Below are positions 61,701 through 64,000 of a stretch of DNA of 64,000 nucleotides, in pieces; position 1 is the stretch's first letter; every line of letters begins with the position of its first letter. The stretch is from Flectonema sp. DT1601 (Eukaryota): the NCBI GenBank assembly GCA_964019425.1, contig OZ025794.1, forward strand, positions 372,001 through 436,000, written 5' to 3'. The translations under genes were made by a program, and so were the position numbers. The notes beneath the pieces are model-generated. The model was not told the origin of the DNA and searched no databases. It saw only the letters and a list, made by a program, of their open reading frames with translations.

Positions 61701-63122
61701 GTGTTTTTAATAGTAACAATGAAATCACTTTTATTGTAAGTTATGCCAAACAATAACAAAAAAAAAAAAAAAACAGAATACAAGGACTCGAATTCTGATC
61801 ACAATGAAATCAGTGCAGAAGCACAGCTGTTTCACACCTTCAGAGTTTGCTCTTCTGAAGGAGCATCGAATTTCTTTATAATAGGAGGCTCACGTGAGTT
61901 AGATGAAAATAAGAATACATCCACGACCTGTTCCTACTGCATTGTTACAACATCGGGGTGTTCAGTTCAGTTGTGGTCAATGAATGGAGTCCTGTTAGGG
62001 GGACTTGCTAAGGATCGTGATGGTTCATGGGGAATCAAACTACAGGATACTGATCCCATGAAATATTTAACTCATACCGCACCTCGTACTAGTGATGCAC
62101 AAGAAAGTGAACAGTTTGATAAACGTAAAAAAGTTATTACCATTCAAGAAGAACAGTGTACCTTTCCACTCCCTGAAAAGCATTGTGAAAGTCAGTGTGA
62201 AACGACATCAAGTAGTTGCTTTGATCTTGAAGCACAAGAATTTAAAAAGAGTTTAAGACACGACTTATTGAAATTAAGAGACAGGGTTCTTCGCCAATCT
62301 CCAACATTGCGCGCTCCGACTCCTGCGTGTGCTGAGTACAAGCCTTATAGCTACACAACATTACTGCAGCAGTACAGCCCTCCTGCATCTTCTGTGTCGC
62401 GACCGCTTCATACGTTGTATGCAGTGGCGCATAGAGTTAAGAATAAAATGAAAGGTGCTCTAGCTGCAGAAAAAGAAATGACACTGTTAGGAGGGTCGGC
62501 TGCAGCGAGTGTCATAGCAACAGGTTCTAGTAAGCGGGGATCGAATTTAAAAGTTTCAGTAGTGGAACCATCCCCAACTATTGAAAATACTACACAAGTA
62601 GATCAGCCTACGGCAAACATGTCAACAAGTGAGTCTATGCCGGCAGACACACTGGATGGGGAGGGTGATCAACAAGCTTTACTCTCTGAACCAGAGAGAA
62701 GCTACTCGATGTGTCAGAAACTATTACTCTGTCCTGACTACGTCGCTACTACAAAATCAGATGCAGCAGACTCTGTTTACGCTCCTCAGTATAGAGGTGT
62801 TGTACATTCGACAAATAAAGAATTTAGAGAGTTTTTAATGACTGCTGGTGCTAAGAGTCGCCTACCATCATTAAGGCCACCTCCGACTTCAAAATTTGAT
62901 CGTCGGAAAACATCAAATCAATTTACTCCAAACATGTCAGACAATTTATCAACTGGATCAACAAGAGGACGTGTTGCAGGTACGAGGCCTGTTGATGGCT
63001 CTGTACATCACTTACCTCCCGTCCATTATCGAAAATTATTTTCAGAGGCCATGGAAGTGACTTGCCCTGAGGACGACACTATGCTATTTACAACTACCAG
63101 CAAGATTCCTGCTGTTAGATGA
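58784..63122 (+). CDS. EF-hand-like plus WD40-repeat protein (WDR49/WDR64/WDY-like); exons 58784..60611, 60753..61123, 61189..61696, 61777..63122
   Basis: EF-hand-like motif LFKQVDCTSRGCIFWDEFIVYL and WD repeats (HTSVVTDIAF...ATASLDCTI; GHNAGITCL; SLDRTGMIKYWD). Three GT-AG introns (phases 1, 0, 1) join four ORF-track ORFs with the frame conserved at each junction. Confidence 0.88.
60612..60752 (+). other. Spliceosomal GT-AG intron (141 nt) containing a copy of repeat family R5
   Basis: Phase-1 junction GAA G|GA AAC keeps the frame between two WD40 ORFs. Confidence 0.88.
61124..61188 (+). other. Spliceosomal GT-AG intron (65 nt)
   Basis: CAG|GTATGC ... CACAAAACAG|CTA, phase 0, frame conserved. 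Confidence 0.9.
61697..61776 (+). other. Spliceosomal GT-AG intron (80 nt)
   Basis: ACT G|GTTTGT ... poly(A)-CAG|AA TAC, phase 1, frame conserved. Confidence 0.85.
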
Positions 63123-63301
63123 CTTTGGGCCATCTTTTTGTTTCTTTTAAAACGTCAACACTCTTCTTAAAAAGCAGAACATTTCCATGTTCACTGTTTG
63201 CAACGAAAAAAAAAAAGAAAAAACCATTTACACGCTGTATTGACAATAACCGAAAAAAATATGTCACAACAACAATTTCTTTCCTTTCTCCGAACAGGAA
63301 T

Positions 63302-64000
63302 ATGTGGAAACTCGACACCGGAGCGGGTAGTAAGGAAAAAGAAAATAAAGCAAAGAGAGGAAAGGAACTTCATGCTGAAGGACAAGCGTTGATGAAAAGA
63401 GCTTCAGCTGCGAAGACACCACAAGCGGCAGCTTCTCTTTATAGAGAAGCTATTGATAGATTTAATCAAGCAATTATACTTAGACCAGCAACTAGTAGAT
63501 ATTTTCATATACGTGGGAACTGTTGGAGAAACTTATATGAATACAGAAGAGCTTTATTTGACTACACGATGGCAATCCAAATAGATGACAACAAACCAGA
63601 GTACTATGGATTTAGAGGAATCTGTTTTAGATACATGGGCAAACTAGAAGATTCAATTAACGATTTCATGAGAGCAATCCACCTCGATAATGGAAATGGA
63701 ATGTGGTTCTATCACTTAGGATTAACATACTTTGATATGGGTGATAAGAAGGGTGCCATCGAACAATACACACAGGCACTTAGCCTAGAAGAACGAAAAG
63801 AAAAGGAATCGTCATCGGGAAAACGAGTTCGTTCTAAGGCATTATATCACAGAGGAAACACTTTAAGGGAATTAAATATGCTCGACTTGTCTATTGCTGA
63901 TCTCAAACAGGCTGTTGAAATGGAAGAACGTAATGCGATGGCTCACAACAATCTCGGCCTCTCATATTTTGAAAAGCAGGAATATAAGGCGGCAGTTCAG
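63302..64000 (+). CDS. TPR-repeat protein, 3' partial (absent from the ORF track because it has no stop in the window)
   Basis: ATG at 63302 follows GAACAG ending at 63297 and the frame is open to the window end: MWKLDTGAG...AIDRFNQAIILRP...YFHIRGNCW...ALFDYTMAIQID...YYGFRGICF...FYHLGLTYFDMGDKKGAIEQYTQAL...AHNNLGLSY. Confidence 0.92.
   Translation, partial: MWKLDTGAGSKEKENKAKRGKELHAEGQALMKRASAAKTPQAAASLYREAIDRFNQAIILRPATSRYFHIRGNCWRNLYEYRRALFDYTMAIQIDDNKPEYYGFRGICFRYMGKLEDSINDFMRAIHLDNGNGMWFYHLGLTYFDMGDKKGAIEQYTQALSLEERKEKESSSGKRVRSKALYHRGNTLRELNMLDLSIADLKQAVEMEERNAMAHNNLGLSYFEKQEYKAAVQ

Noticed and set aside
63198..63392. ORF-track 64-aa ORF at the start of the last gene
   Set aside because: It is an overlapping wrong frame; the TPR frame starts at 63302.
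1..64000. CRISPR arrays, rRNA, tRNA, SL RNA genes, telomeric arrays, or autonomous transposon ORFs
   Set aside because: I saw no regularly spaced repeat-spacer array, cloverleaf, rRNA signature, (TTAGGG)n array, or RT/transposase motif. Small RNAs could be missed by eye.

Overview
This is AT-rich eukaryotic nuclear DNA with many poly(A)/poly(T) tracts, most likely from a euglenozoan protist (diplonemid-like; this is an inference). All 13 supportable protein genes lie on the + strand. Ten of the 12 with a visible start have a CAG 1-27 nt upstream of the ATG, which fits polycistronic transcription with SL trans-splicing. Seven short GT-AG introns can be reconstructed by hand. Genes in order: multi-ubiquitin-like protein (5' partial), FCP/SCP-type phosphatase, RING-H2 protein, cytochrome P450, CFAP96/C4orf47-like protein, purple acid phosphatase, multidomain kinesin, a hypothetical protein, a CaaX-bearing ubiquitin-fold protein, a receptor-type adenylate cyclase, a PX-domain STE11-type kinase, an EF-hand/WD40 protein and a TPR protein (3' partial). 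The long intergenic regions hold at least five short interspersed repeat families and a probable crotonase pseudogene relic. Most interesting: (1) a ~500-nt SINE-like element present twice downstream of genes, with flanking direct repeats and conserved predicted RNA structure including pseudoknots; (2) a kinesin with an apparent MSP + NT-C2 + motor + PH + ADA2-type SWIRM architecture; (3) introns with A/C-rich rather than pyrimidine-rich 3' ends; (4) a hairpin element shared by one intron and intergenic DNA. All domain and structure calls were made by eye, with no database search or folding run.
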